36,282 nt of DNA from Promethearchaeota archaeon (lineage in GTDB: Archaea; Asgardarchaeota; Lokiarchaeia; Sigyniarchaeales; SOKP01). The DNA lies in NCBI GenBank assembly GCA_030610785.1, contig JAUWRB010000003.1:1-36282 (forward strand), written 5' to 3'. Positions 1 through 8,734 of this stretch are shown here, in pieces. Within the stretch, counting starts at the first letter, position 1. Every line of letters begins with the position of its first letter. The translations under genes and the position numbers were made by a program. The notes beneath the pieces were generated by a model. It was not told where the DNA came from, did not search any database, and was given only the letters and a program-made list of their open reading frames with translations.

Positions 1-1662
1 AAAATCAAATACACTAATCTCATAAGAAGCAGAAAAATCACTAAATTTAGCTCTACCTTTAATAATAATATCTTTTCCTATGAGTTCAGTAGATTTTTCT
101 TCTAAGAATTTTTCAAAATCAGGTGTTTCTTTTAATTGTGAAATGATATCCGTTTTTTCTCCAATAAATTTTTCTGCAATATCTCCAAAAAAAGTTGTTC
201 TGATTGTTCCACTTTCATCATCGATTATAAGATTGAAAATCATTCGATTTTGAGAGTCAACTTTCTCATTACAAGTACAATTATCAACTTTTTTGGAACA
301 AATAGGGCAGGCCGCATATATTATAATATTTTTTATTCCTGTAGCAACAAATCCTTTAATTTCTACAACGCTGGACGAATTAATAGAACTTATTTTAGAA
401 TAAGTTCCTTTAAAATTGGATTCTCTATCTTTCTTTATTGGTTTTATTTCTTTAATGTCTTTTATTTTTAAATCTATAATTTCAATAATAGAATCATTTA
501 TAAGAGAAATTTCTTTTCGACCTGAAAAGTTATTATGTTTAACTAAAACATTTTTTAATGATACCCCCATTCCCATTTCTAAAATCTCTGAAAATTCATC
601 TGCTTTATCCCCCCAAATAGTTACTCTAATACCATCTGAATCATCACTTAGAATAAATCCTAATAATGAGATATCTTCTCCTGACTTTAATGAAATGTTC
701 TTTAAATTATCAATTGAAGATATAACTCCTTGAAACGAGACTAAATCTTTTTCATTTTGAAGATCTTTAATTTTGTCAATTAAATTCTCTTCGATTTTAA
801 TCTTTTTATCTTGTTTTGTTATAGAAGTATAATTATTCGCATGTAAATCAATTATTTTAGAATCGAGATAATTTAATCTCGGATTTAGGTTAGTAATAGA
901 CACATAATCATTTATTCTAACATCTTTTATTTTTTCAGTATCTTCATTCCAAAAAGTTATTCTTATAGTTGATGCTGAAGAATCCATCAAAAATAAAGAA
1001 CTTATCCTCCCTTTTTCATCATTTTTTTTTGTAAATTCTTTAATTGGAAAATGCTGCAGTATTTTACCTTCAATAGATATAGATTTCATATTTAAATTTA
1101 TATTTCTTATTGTAACTATTTTGCTTTTTATTTTTTCATATTTTTTATAATCTACATCTTCAGGCGCTAAAATAATTTTTGAATTCCTTCCAATATGAAT
1201 TTCGATATCTCCTAACCTTCCTTTTTTAGCATATCCATTTATAATTTTTATTAATTCATTTAAATTAAAAATAGGATTTTCAAAAATTTTAATATGGTCG
1301 TCCCACAATACTATTCTTATATCACCAGTTTTGTCGTTTAATAAAAAAGATCCAACATTTCCTGAACCCCCCTCCTTCCTGTTAAAATTGTGCACCTTAT
1401 AAATTTCCTTAATTCTACCAGTTAAAGTAATATTTTTCATATTTTGAGTAATATCATTAACATTAATTTCAATCTCTTTCAATAATTCTTTACTCCCCTC
1501 TTTCACATCCACACCTAACTCTTTTGCTATAATAAATAAGGCACCTTCGTCAGATATTAACCCTTTTAATTCTTCTTTTTTTTCTTCGACTAAATTTTGA
1601 ATTTCCTTTCTTGTTAATCCTGTATCTTCAATAATTTTATTAACATAAAGATCAATTTTCAT
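1..1662 (-). CDS. rpa1: Replication protein A large subunit (RPA1/RPA70-like multi-OB-fold ssDNA-binding protein); 3' end runs off the window
   Basis: Not in ORF track (no stop in window). Manual translation from ATG at 1662: MKIDLYVNKIIEDTGLTRKEIQNLVEEKKEELKGLISDEGALFIIAKELGVDV. Four OB-fold signatures follow (DKTGDIRIVLWD, DSSASTIRITFWN, DDSDGIRVTIWG, DDESGTIRTTFFG). The last OB fold carries a Zn finger (YAACPICSKKVDNCTC). Confidence 0.9.
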   Translation of the reverse strand, partial: MKIDLYVNKIIEDTGLTRKEIQNLVEEKKEELKGLISDEGALFIIAKELGVDVKEGSKELLKEIEINVNDITQNMKNITLTGRIKEIYKVHNFNRKEGGSGNVGSFLLNDKTGDIRIVLWDDHIKIFENPIFNLNELIKIINGYAKKGRLGDIEIHIGRNSKIILAPEDVDYKKYEKIKSKIVTIRNINLNMKSISIEGKILQHFPIKEFTKKNDEKGRISSLFLMDSSASTIRITFWNEDTEKIKDVRINDYVSITNLNPRLNYLDSKIIDLHANNYTSITKQDKKIKIEENLIDKIKDLQNEKDLVSFQGVISSIDNLKNISLKSGEDISLLGFILSDDSDGIRVTIWGDKADEFSEILEMGMGVSLKNVLVKHNNFSGRKEISLINDSIIEIIDLKIKDIKEIKPIKKDRESNFKGTYSKISSINSSSVVEIKGFVATGIKNIIIYAACPICSKKVDNCTCNEKVDSQNRMIFNLIIDDESGTIRTTFFGDIAEKFIGEKTDIISQLKETPDFEKFLEEKSTELIGKDIIIKGRAKFSDFSASYEISVFDF

Positions 1663-1853
1663 AATTATCACTATTAAAATATTTTTAATTAACTTTTAAG
1701 ACTTATTTTAGAAACTATTACTTAAAAATAAATTTATTTAATTATTAATTAAATTGAATGCTTTTAAAAATAAAGAGTATTCAATATTGGTAATTTTTTA
1801 AGTTAAAATCTTCATATATTATTAAAGAGATTAAAAATTTTATTCAGAAAAAG

Positions 1854-2591
1854 ATGTCTAATTTTAAAATTATTCCAGTAATCGATATATTAAATTCTGA
1901 AGCCGTTCACGCAATTAAAGGAGAAAGGAAGAAATATAAACCATTAAATTCTCCTTTAATTAATACTTCTAATCCTATAGAACTTATTCAATTTCTTAAT
2001 AAGGAATTAGATTTTGATGAGTTTTATATAGCAGATTTGGATTCAATTATTAATAGAAATCCAAATATTCAGATATTATCAGAAATTTTAAAGATACCTC
2101 TAATTAAGATAATGTTAGATCCTGGAATTGAAAATACTACTGATATTAATATGTATTCTGAATTTAAGTTAAATAAGATTATTTTAGGACTAGAAACTAT
2201 TAATGAAATCGAAGTTATTAAGAATAGTTTAAAAATTTTGGGAGCAGAGAGAGTAATAGTTAGCATTGATATGTACAAGGGAAAGATTATATCAAAAATA
2301 AAAAAATGGCAATATAAAAAACCAGCAAAAATTATTACCGAATTAGAAAATTTAGGTATAAAAGAATTAATCCTTTTGGATTTGTTTAGGGTTGGACAAA
2401 AAATAGGGGGAATTCCTCCTTTATATCTTAAAATTCGTGAAATATTTAATGGTGATATTTTAGTGGGAGGTGGTATAAAAGATTTAACAGATATAACATT
2501 ATATAAAGAAAAGAGGTTCTCTGGAATATTGATTGCTACAGCGCTTTATGATGGAACATTAAATCTTGAAAAATTAATAAATAATCATTAA
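1854..2591 (+). CDS. HisA/HisF-related TIM-barrel protein (type associated with methanofuran/methanopterin C1 gene clusters)
   Basis: IIPVIDILNSEAVHA N-terminus, YIADLD, LLDL..VG and LVGGGI motifs; close to mfnB. Confidence 0.8.
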   Translation: MSNFKIIPVIDILNSEAVHAIKGERKKYKPLNSPLINTSNPIELIQFLNKELDFDEFYIADLDSIINRNPNIQILSEILKIPLIKIMLDPGIENTTDINMYSEFKLNKIILGLETINEIEVIKNSLKILGAERVIVSIDMYKGKIISKIKKWQYKKPAKIITELENLGIKELILLDLFRVGQKIGGIPPLYLKIREIFNGDILVGGGIKDLTDITLYKEKRFSGILIATALYDGTLNLEKLINNH

Positions 2592-3115
2592 TCAATAAAA
2601 ATTACACCTGTACTTGAAACATTTAAAGATTTTTTACAAACCGGACAAGACTTTTTCATTCTAACCCAATCTATTAGATGTTCCTTATGTGCTTTTATTT
2701 CGCACAAAGGACACCCTGAAACTTCGTCAAAAATTTCGATACTTTTTCCGCATACTGCACATTTTGTTTTTGATTCTGTATATACTCTAATTAAATTTTT
2801 TTTTAAATCCAATATTACTTTTTCTGTATTCTCAGCAGTTGGATTTATTTGCTTTAATTCAGTTCTTGAATCAACACAAAAAATTGTCCCTTCAGTATCA
2901 TCTTTTTTATTTCCAATCCAAACAATATTACCTCTAAAAAAGCTAGATCCTTGTTTTTCTACTGATAAATCTAAATTTCGATCTTCCATGACATAGGTCT
3001 GAATTACTTTAGTATAATCTAAATCCATATTTGATGTTAATTTATTAATCACTTCGATTGGTTCTTTAAATACCTCGTTAGTTATCTCTAATTTTGTAAT
3101 TTCTTTTGGTGACAT
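2588..3115 (-). CDS. Protein with C-terminal RING-like zinc finger (putative E3 ubiquitin ligase)
   Basis: CAVC-x12-CPLC-x4-H-x2-H-x3-W-x6-CPVC at the C-terminus; W and CPxC spacing typical of RING domains. Confidence 0.7.
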   Translation of the reverse strand: MSPKEITKLEITNEVFKEPIEVINKLTSNMDLDYTKVIQTYVMEDRNLDLSVEKQGSSFFRGNIVWIGNKKDDTEGTIFCVDSRTELKQINPTAENTEKVILDLKKNLIRVYTESKTKCAVCGKSIEIFDEVSGCPLCEIKAHKEHLIDWVRMKKSCPVCKKSLNVSSTGVIFID

Positions 3116-3133
3116 GATAATAACTTTTTTTTT

Positions 3134-3163
3134 TAATATGTAATAATATAATATGTAATAATA
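3134..3163. repeat. 15-bp tandem duplication (TAATATGTAATAATA x2) in a divergent intergenic region
   Basis: Two adjacent identical copies; low complexity. Confidence 0.6.
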
Positions 3164-3313
3164 TTATATATTTATTTAAATAAAAAAACATTAATAACAC
3201 TCATCTTATTGTTAATTACTATCGATCTTTTATTCTTTTTAGACATATATTAACTAACTAAGAAATGTATCAATAAAAATGATTTTTAAAAATAATTAAT
3301 TAATAGTAATAAG

Positions 3314-4051
3314 ATGACTCCTAAAAAAATCGACTTATTAATAAGTCCTAAAAACATAGAAGAAGCTAAAACAATTATTAAAGTTGGTGGAGTTAAATAC
3401 ATCGACTGCAAAAACCCTAAAGAAGGATCTCTTGGCGCAAATTTCCCTTGGATTATTAGAAAAATGAAACAACTCATTCCTCTTAATAGTTCTCAATTTT
3501 TAAGCGCAACTATTGGCGATTTTCCAAATCTTCCTGGATCGGCATCTTTAGCGGCTTTAGGAGCAGCAGTTTCAGGCGCGGATATTATAAAAGTGGGACT
3601 AAAAGGCCCTAAAAATGAAGAACAAGGAATTGAGTTAATGAAAAAAGTTGTAAAGGCAGTAAAAGATTATAATAAAAAAATCTTGATTGTAGTAGCAGGA
3701 TATGCCGATCGTGAACGAATGGAAACATCACCCGATTTTTTATCAATACCTACAATAGCAGCGGAATCAGGATCCGATATTGCGATGCTTGACACATTTA
3801 TTAAGGATGGAAAAAATTTATTTGATTTTTTAAAAGTAAGTCAATTAATCGCATTTAGAGATAAAGCTAAAGAATTAAACCTTAAAGTCGCCTTAGCAGG
3901 AAATATAATGAAAAAATCGCTTCCTAAAATTAAAAAAATTTCACCTGATTTAATTGGAGTTAGAAGCGTTGTTTGTGATGGTTATGATAGAAATAATGGA
4001 ATGATTAAGGCCGATCTTATTGAAGAATTAAAAGCAGAATTATATAAGTAA
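3314..4051 (+). CDS. mfnB: (5-formylfuran-3-yl)methyl phosphate synthase, methanofuran biosynthesis (DUF556)
   Basis: LLISPKNIEEA, IDCKNPKEGSLGANFPW, SATIGD, IKVGL, MLDTFIKDG, ALAG and GVRSVVC motifs. Confidence 0.92.
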   Translation: MTPKKIDLLISPKNIEEAKTIIKVGGVKYIDCKNPKEGSLGANFPWIIRKMKQLIPLNSSQFLSATIGDFPNLPGSASLAALGAAVSGADIIKVGLKGPKNEEQGIELMKKVVKAVKDYNKKILIVVAGYADRERMETSPDFLSIPTIAAESGSDIAMLDTFIKDGKNLFDFLKVSQLIAFRDKAKELNLKVALAGNIMKKSLPKIKKISPDLIGVRSVVCDGYDRNNGMIKADLIEELKAELYK

Positions 4052-4059
4052 GTAGAGAG

Positions 4060-4584
4060 ATGACGAACGCTCAAGAGAATAATCCAAATATCAAAATAAA
4101 AATTGTTAAAGATGAAAATTTATTTGATTTAAATTTATGTGCTAAAGATTTTATAGATCTAATAGATAATTTTGAAAAAAAATTTTATAATAAGAAATTT
4201 TTCGTTTTAACCGCTTACTATAACAAGGTTTTGGCCGGAATTTTGGTCGCTGAAGATAAAAGTCAAAAGGTCGATTCATTAGAAAAAATTCTTCCTACAA
4301 TGTGTTTACAACTATTATTCGTGAATTCTAATTTTAGAAGTAGGACTCTTGGAAAAAAATTATTAAAAGCGTTCTTAAATATTCAAAAAGAAAAGGGGGT
4401 AGCCATTATTTACATAAAATTACCACAAAAATACAAAAAAGGCATTATTTTTTTCCAAAAAAATAATTTTCATCAAGTAGGGATGGTTAGAAATAAAATT
4501 ATTTTAGAACGATATTTGTGGAACGATTATGGCATAAGAGATTGCCAATTAATAGGAAATAATTTTAATAACATGTTTGGTTAG
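4060..4584 (+). CDS. GNAT-family N-acetyltransferase
   Basis: LFVNSNFRSRTLGKKLL acetyl-CoA motif A; FFQKNNF motif B. Confidence 0.75.
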   Translation: MTNAQENNPNIKIKIVKDENLFDLNLCAKDFIDLIDNFEKKFYNKKFFVLTAYYNKVLAGILVAEDKSQKVDSLEKILPTMCLQLLFVNSNFRSRTLGKKLLKAFLNIQKEKGVAIIYIKLPQKYKKGIIFFQKNNFHQVGMVRNKIILERYLWNDYGIRDCQLIGNNFNNMFG

Positions 4585-4854
4585 ACTGATACTTAAAATT
4601 GATAAACGATTATCTTTTGGATTTTTTCGAACTCTTTTCTGATAATGGAGCTTACCGTCCTCTAAGTTAAAGGTTGTGTCAAAAAATTATCTTAGCCCGA
4701 GGAAATGTCGTCCTACTTCGATATACTGTCTCTTATCCCATATGTTAATGCTCGCAAAACATTTTAACCCGAAATCTAGTAGATGTTTAATATAGCGGGC
4801 GCCATTCCAAAAGATTTTGAATAATAAAAATTTTATTTTACAAACAACTTAACA

Positions 4855-4896
4855 TGTAATCCAGTATTCAAAAGTTGTAATCCAGTATTCAAAAGT
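4855..4896. repeat. Perfect 21-bp tandem duplication (TGTAATCCAGTATTCAAAAGT x2)
   Basis: Two identical adjacent copies at 4855-4875 and 4876-4896, with no spacer. Confidence 0.9.
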
Positions 4897-5100
4897 TATT
4901 ATCGTTAATTTTCTTGTTTTTTCTTTAAAGCATAAAGAAGGATCTTAAATTAATATCTATTATTTGAAATTAATAATTAACGTAATATCACAATATGAAA
5001 AATGATTATTTATAATCACTATATATCAAATCTATTCACGTAATATATTATAATAATAATTAATAAAAGGAAATTAATTTAACAAATATCATTTTTAAAA

Positions 5101-5925
5101 ATGGTACATAAAATGAATAATGGTATACAAATAATTAAATACATGGATTATAATAAAAGCGATTTTAGAAATCCTATTGCTTTTATTGGCTGTCCTGGAA
5201 TTGCCGATGTCGGAAAATTTGCGTTAGATTCATTAATAGGTCAACTTAATGCTAAAAATTTTATGGATATTATTTTTGACGATTATCCTGCAGGAGCTAT
5301 AGTTGATAATAGTATATTATCTGCTCCTAAAGCTGAAATTTTATTTTGGAAAGATCCTAGTAAATTACGGGATATCTTATTAATAACGGCTGATTCTCAA
5401 AGTTTAACTCCGAAAGGGATTTATAAAATATCTAATTTTCTTACTGAAATATTGTATCAATGTGGGGTAAAATTGATTATTGCTGTAGGGGCTTATCCTG
5501 TAAGTAATCGAAAAATCAATAATAGACTTCCAAAAATATATATCAGCTCTACAAATGGGGAACTATTAGATAATTTTTTAATAAAAAATAGATGCGAAAA
5601 AATTCAAAAAGGTGTAATTATTGGCGCTAATGGTTTGATTCCTACTTTAGCTAAAGCTCGATTTGATATTGAGGGCTTAGTCTTTCTTGCTGAAACTGAT
5701 AATATGGCAATTGTAAATGATGATATCACGGATTTAAGGGCATCTATCACGCTTTTAGAAATGCTTAAAAAATCGTTTACATTACCTATAAAAAAAAAAT
5801 ATTCCCTAGAAAATATTGATAATATCACTAAGAATCTCCAAATTAAAAGAGACCAATTAGAAAAAGATCTTGACGCCTTTAAACTGGTTGAGACTGATGA
5901 TAAGCGTAAATCATTATATATTTAA
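5101..5925 (+). CDS. PAC2-family proteasome assembly chaperone (PbaA/PbaB-like) with C-terminal HbYX motif
   Basis: GCPGIADVG, ITADSQ, IAVGAY and IIGANGLI motifs of the PAC2 family; ends in LYI. Confidence 0.88.
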   Translation: MVHKMNNGIQIIKYMDYNKSDFRNPIAFIGCPGIADVGKFALDSLIGQLNAKNFMDIIFDDYPAGAIVDNSILSAPKAEILFWKDPSKLRDILLITADSQSLTPKGIYKISNFLTEILYQCGVKLIIAVGAYPVSNRKINNRLPKIYISSTNGELLDNFLIKNRCEKIQKGVIIGANGLIPTLAKARFDIEGLVFLAETDNMAIVNDDITDLRASITLLEMLKKSFTLPIKKKYSLENIDNITKNLQIKRDQLEKDLDAFKLVETDDKRKSLYI

Positions 5926-5997
5926 AATTTAAAAATTTTTAATTCTATTCTTTTTTTGAGCAAAAAATATTTTAATTATGTTTAATTTTAAAATAAT

Positions 5998-6147
5998 ATG
6001 AATTATATCTGCGCTAGGAATAACTGTGGGAAAGAAGTAAGCAAAAAAGAATTGAATGCCCTACCAGGAATAAAGTGTAGTCATTGTGGGTTTCGTATTC
6101 TTTATAAGAAGCGCCCAGATATTATTAAACGCATCAAAGTGCTGTAA
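5998..6147 (+). CDS. rpoP: DNA-directed RNA polymerase subunit Rpo12 (P)
   Basis: Not in ORF track (49 aa): MNYICARNNCGKEVSKKELNALPGIKCSHCGFRILYKKRPDIIKRIKVL. Zn ribbon plus the RILYKKR signature. Confidence 0.93.
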   Translation: MNYICARNNCGKEVSKKELNALPGIKCSHCGFRILYKKRPDIIKRIKVL

Positions 6148-6232
6148 AAAAACTTTTTTTAAATCCTTACAATATCTTGTTTTTCAAGTTAAATAAATAA
6201 AATTTCATGTAATAGTTAAATTGAATTACCTA

Positions 6233-7162
6233 TTAAAGATTTATTTCAAATCTTAATGAATTCATAATTTCTTTATATCGATTACGTATAGTAGCTTCAG
6301 TAACACCTGCCGCAATGGAAATTTCTTTCTGGGTTCTACGTTCACCTTCCTGTATGGCAGCAACATATAATGCCGCACCAGCAAGCCCCGTAGGTGCTTT
6401 TCCTACTGTTATTCGATATTTTTTCGCTAAATTTAAAATTAAAGCTGCCCGATTTTGAGTCCTTCCAGAAAGCTTTAACTCCGCACAAAATCTCGGAACG
6501 AAATTTATCGGAGAAGAGACTTCTATGTTTATTTTAAGTTCTCTTAGAATCAAACGATAACATCGAGCAATTTTTTTTTTATCCACGGAAGCAAATTCAA
6601 TAAAATCATCTATAGTTTTTGGAATATTGTTAATTCTACAAGATAAATATACGGAAGCGATCAACATTGCTTCAATGGATCTCCCCCTAATAAGATTTTT
6701 ATGTGCCATTTTTCTATATATATAAGCTGCGGATTCTTTTAGTTCTTTAGATAAATTTAATTGAGAAGAAAATCTATCTAATTCGTTCATTGCGTATGCT
6801 AAATTTCGATCTATTGATCTATTTGTTCTGGTTCTAACATTCCATTTCTTTAAACGATATACTTCCGCTTTCATTTTTGGACTAATTTGTTTTCCATAAG
6901 CGTCTTTATTTCTCCATCCTATCATCGTGCTTAATCCTTTATCGTGCAATGTAAGAGTTGTAGGAGCCCCTACTCTAACTTTTTTTCTTGCTTCTTCTGA
7001 TGAAAAGGCACGCCATTCAGGTCCAGAATCTATAACTCTTTGCTTTAAAACCAATCCACATTCATTGCAAATAATTTCTCCACGAGATTCATCTAAAATT
7101 AAATTTTCATTGTTACATTCTGGACATAAATTCAAGTTTTTCTGATTATTTGAATGATTCAA
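6233..7162 (-). CDS. tfb: Transcription initiation factor IIB (TFB)
   Basis: CPEC...CNECG Zn ribbon, IDSGPEWRAF B-reader, LHDKGLST, two cyclin repeats (LIRGRSIE; TQKEIS...VTEATIRNRYKE); TTG start. Confidence 0.97.
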   Translation of the reverse strand: MNHSNNQKNLNLCPECNNENLILDESRGEIICNECGLVLKQRVIDSGPEWRAFSSEEARKKVRVGAPTTLTLHDKGLSTMIGWRNKDAYGKQISPKMKAEVYRLKKWNVRTRTNRSIDRNLAYAMNELDRFSSQLNLSKELKESAAYIYRKMAHKNLIRGRSIEAMLIASVYLSCRINNIPKTIDDFIEFASVDKKKIARCYRLILRELKINIEVSSPINFVPRFCAELKLSGRTQNRAALILNLAKKYRITVGKAPTGLAGAALYVAAIQEGERRTQKEISIAAGVTEATIRNRYKEIMNSLRFEINL

Positions 7163-7327
7163 ATATGTTTAACACTTTAAAAATTCAATTCTTTAATTTC
7201 TATAATTTAATTCGTAAATTTAAATATTTGCGTTTTATAGATTTATCAGTTAATAAAAAAAATATTTTTCTTTTTTGGATTTGCGAAAAAATCTAAAAAT
7301 TTTAATAAACTTTTTCTTTCAATTAAT

Positions 7328-7771
7328 ATGATGCGACATTTTTATAAAGCTCACGGAAAACATTGTTATCTCCGTTCTTTTCAAACAAAATGCCCAAGAT
7401 GTGGAACAGCTGTTTTATATTGGGAATGTACTCACGGGTGTAAAATTTTTTTTGAATATCCCCCTTATGGAAAGCTAATAAAACATATTTGTCGGCAATA
7501 TATAGAAAAAAATAGAAAAAATAAGTATCCAATTCTAATAAAAAAACCGAGAAGCTTATTGGAAGAGGCTTCACCAAGTTGTCCTGTGTGCGGAAAATTG
7601 TTTAAAAATGAAACGAATTTAAAAGAGCATTTAAAGGCTTCAAGGCAGAACGATTACAGACACATTTTGTTTAATGATAAAAAAATTAAAATTGAAACTC
7701 AATATAAACCAAAATTTGGAGGAATTAATATAAAGAAAAGAAAAAATAACAATGAATCGATAAATTTTTAA
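7328..7771 (+). CDS. Cys/His-rich zinc-binding protein with a C2H2-like finger
   Basis: N-terminal HxxHC...CPRC...CxHxC...HxC; CPVCGKLFKNETNLKEH. Confidence 0.6.
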   Translation: MMRHFYKAHGKHCYLRSFQTKCPRCGTAVLYWECTHGCKIFFEYPPYGKLIKHICRQYIEKNRKNKYPILIKKPRSLLEEASPSCPVCGKLFKNETNLKEHLKASRQNDYRHILFNDKKIKIETQYKPKFGGINIKKRKNNNESINF

Positions 7772-7864
7772 TAATTTAGTATATAATTATTTTATAATAA
7801 ATTTTAATATCATTTAATTATACTATTAAAAATAGAGAATTTACAAAGTAGGGGAAATAATAGA

Positions 7865-8491
7865 ATGCCAATAGATCCCGAAACAGCAGTTAATAATTTA
7901 ATACAAAAAGAACCCAGTATTATAGCAGTTGCTGTACTAAAAGGCAAAAATCTCGTCTATACAACCGATAATTGGGATATCAGTGGTGATCTCGGGAGAG
8001 TAATATCTAGCTGGAATTCAATGAATGCCCAATTTGTCATGATCTCGGGAGTGAAATATTCTATGTTGCAATGTACTTTTGAAAGATTAACCGCTACTTC
8101 GATCCGCGGAGAGGGACATATTGTTGGAGCAAAAGACGATGAACATACAATCCTTGGGTATATTGAACCTGATGGGGATATGAGATCTGCTTATCCCGAG
8201 GCAGCGAGAGCTTTAGCAACATTGAGTTCCAAATCGGCTTATATTGCGGAAAATGCACAACTAGGGACTCAAACAGCTCAAATAGGTGGAGATAGTTCGG
8301 CAATTGGAGCAGGTGCTGGTGTAAGCGTAGACCCTCAACTAAAAAGTGAAATTCAAGCATTTTTAAATTGGATTAAAGATGGTGAGGGTTTATCAGGTTA
8401 TATTAAATATTATCTTCAACAAAATAATACACAAATAATTTCAGAACTCTCAAAAATTTATGCTGAGCTAAGACAAATCTTCAATGTCTAA
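7865..8491 (+). CDS. Asgard (Loki-type) profilin with Gly/Ala linker and extra C-terminal helical domain
   Basis: Residues ~1-120 follow the recalled Lokiarchaeal profilin pattern (IAVAVL..., TDNWDI, ISGVKYSMLQCTFERLTATSIRGEGHIV, GYIEPDG). An ~85-aa extension follows. Confidence 0.8.
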   Translation: MPIDPETAVNNLIQKEPSIIAVAVLKGKNLVYTTDNWDISGDLGRVISSWNSMNAQFVMISGVKYSMLQCTFERLTATSIRGEGHIVGAKDDEHTILGYIEPDGDMRSAYPEAARALATLSSKSAYIAENAQLGTQTAQIGGDSSAIGAGAGVSVDPQLKSEIQAFLNWIKDGEGLSGYIKYYLQQNNTQIISELSKIYAELRQIFNV

Positions 8492-8734
8492 AATTATTAA
8501 TATTTAGAAAGACGATTGATATCAAAAAAACATTGAAAGTTTGGTTACTTCTATATTTTTATTATAAATTGAAAGTTAAAAATTTTTTATAAAAAAAATC
8601 TAAAACAATTTATTACGAATTTAGAATTTCTTTTAAGATATTAAATATCTGGTTTAATTAAATTCCACTTAATAATAAATTCTTTATATGTCTTTTACAA
8701 TAAATTTATAATTTCTTTAAAATTATTGAAAAAC

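Noticed and set aside
250-733. Plus-strand ORFs 250-471 and 416-733
   Set aside because: Antisense shadows of the RPA1 gene.
4641-4760. Fluoride-riboswitch-like GATAATGGAGCTTACC and RNase P-like GAGGAAA words
   Set aside because: The required partner motifs are absent or too distant, and no crcB-type gene is nearby.
4855-4896. 21-bp repeat as a mini-CRISPR array
   Set aside because: Only two copies, no spacer, and no cas genes in the window.
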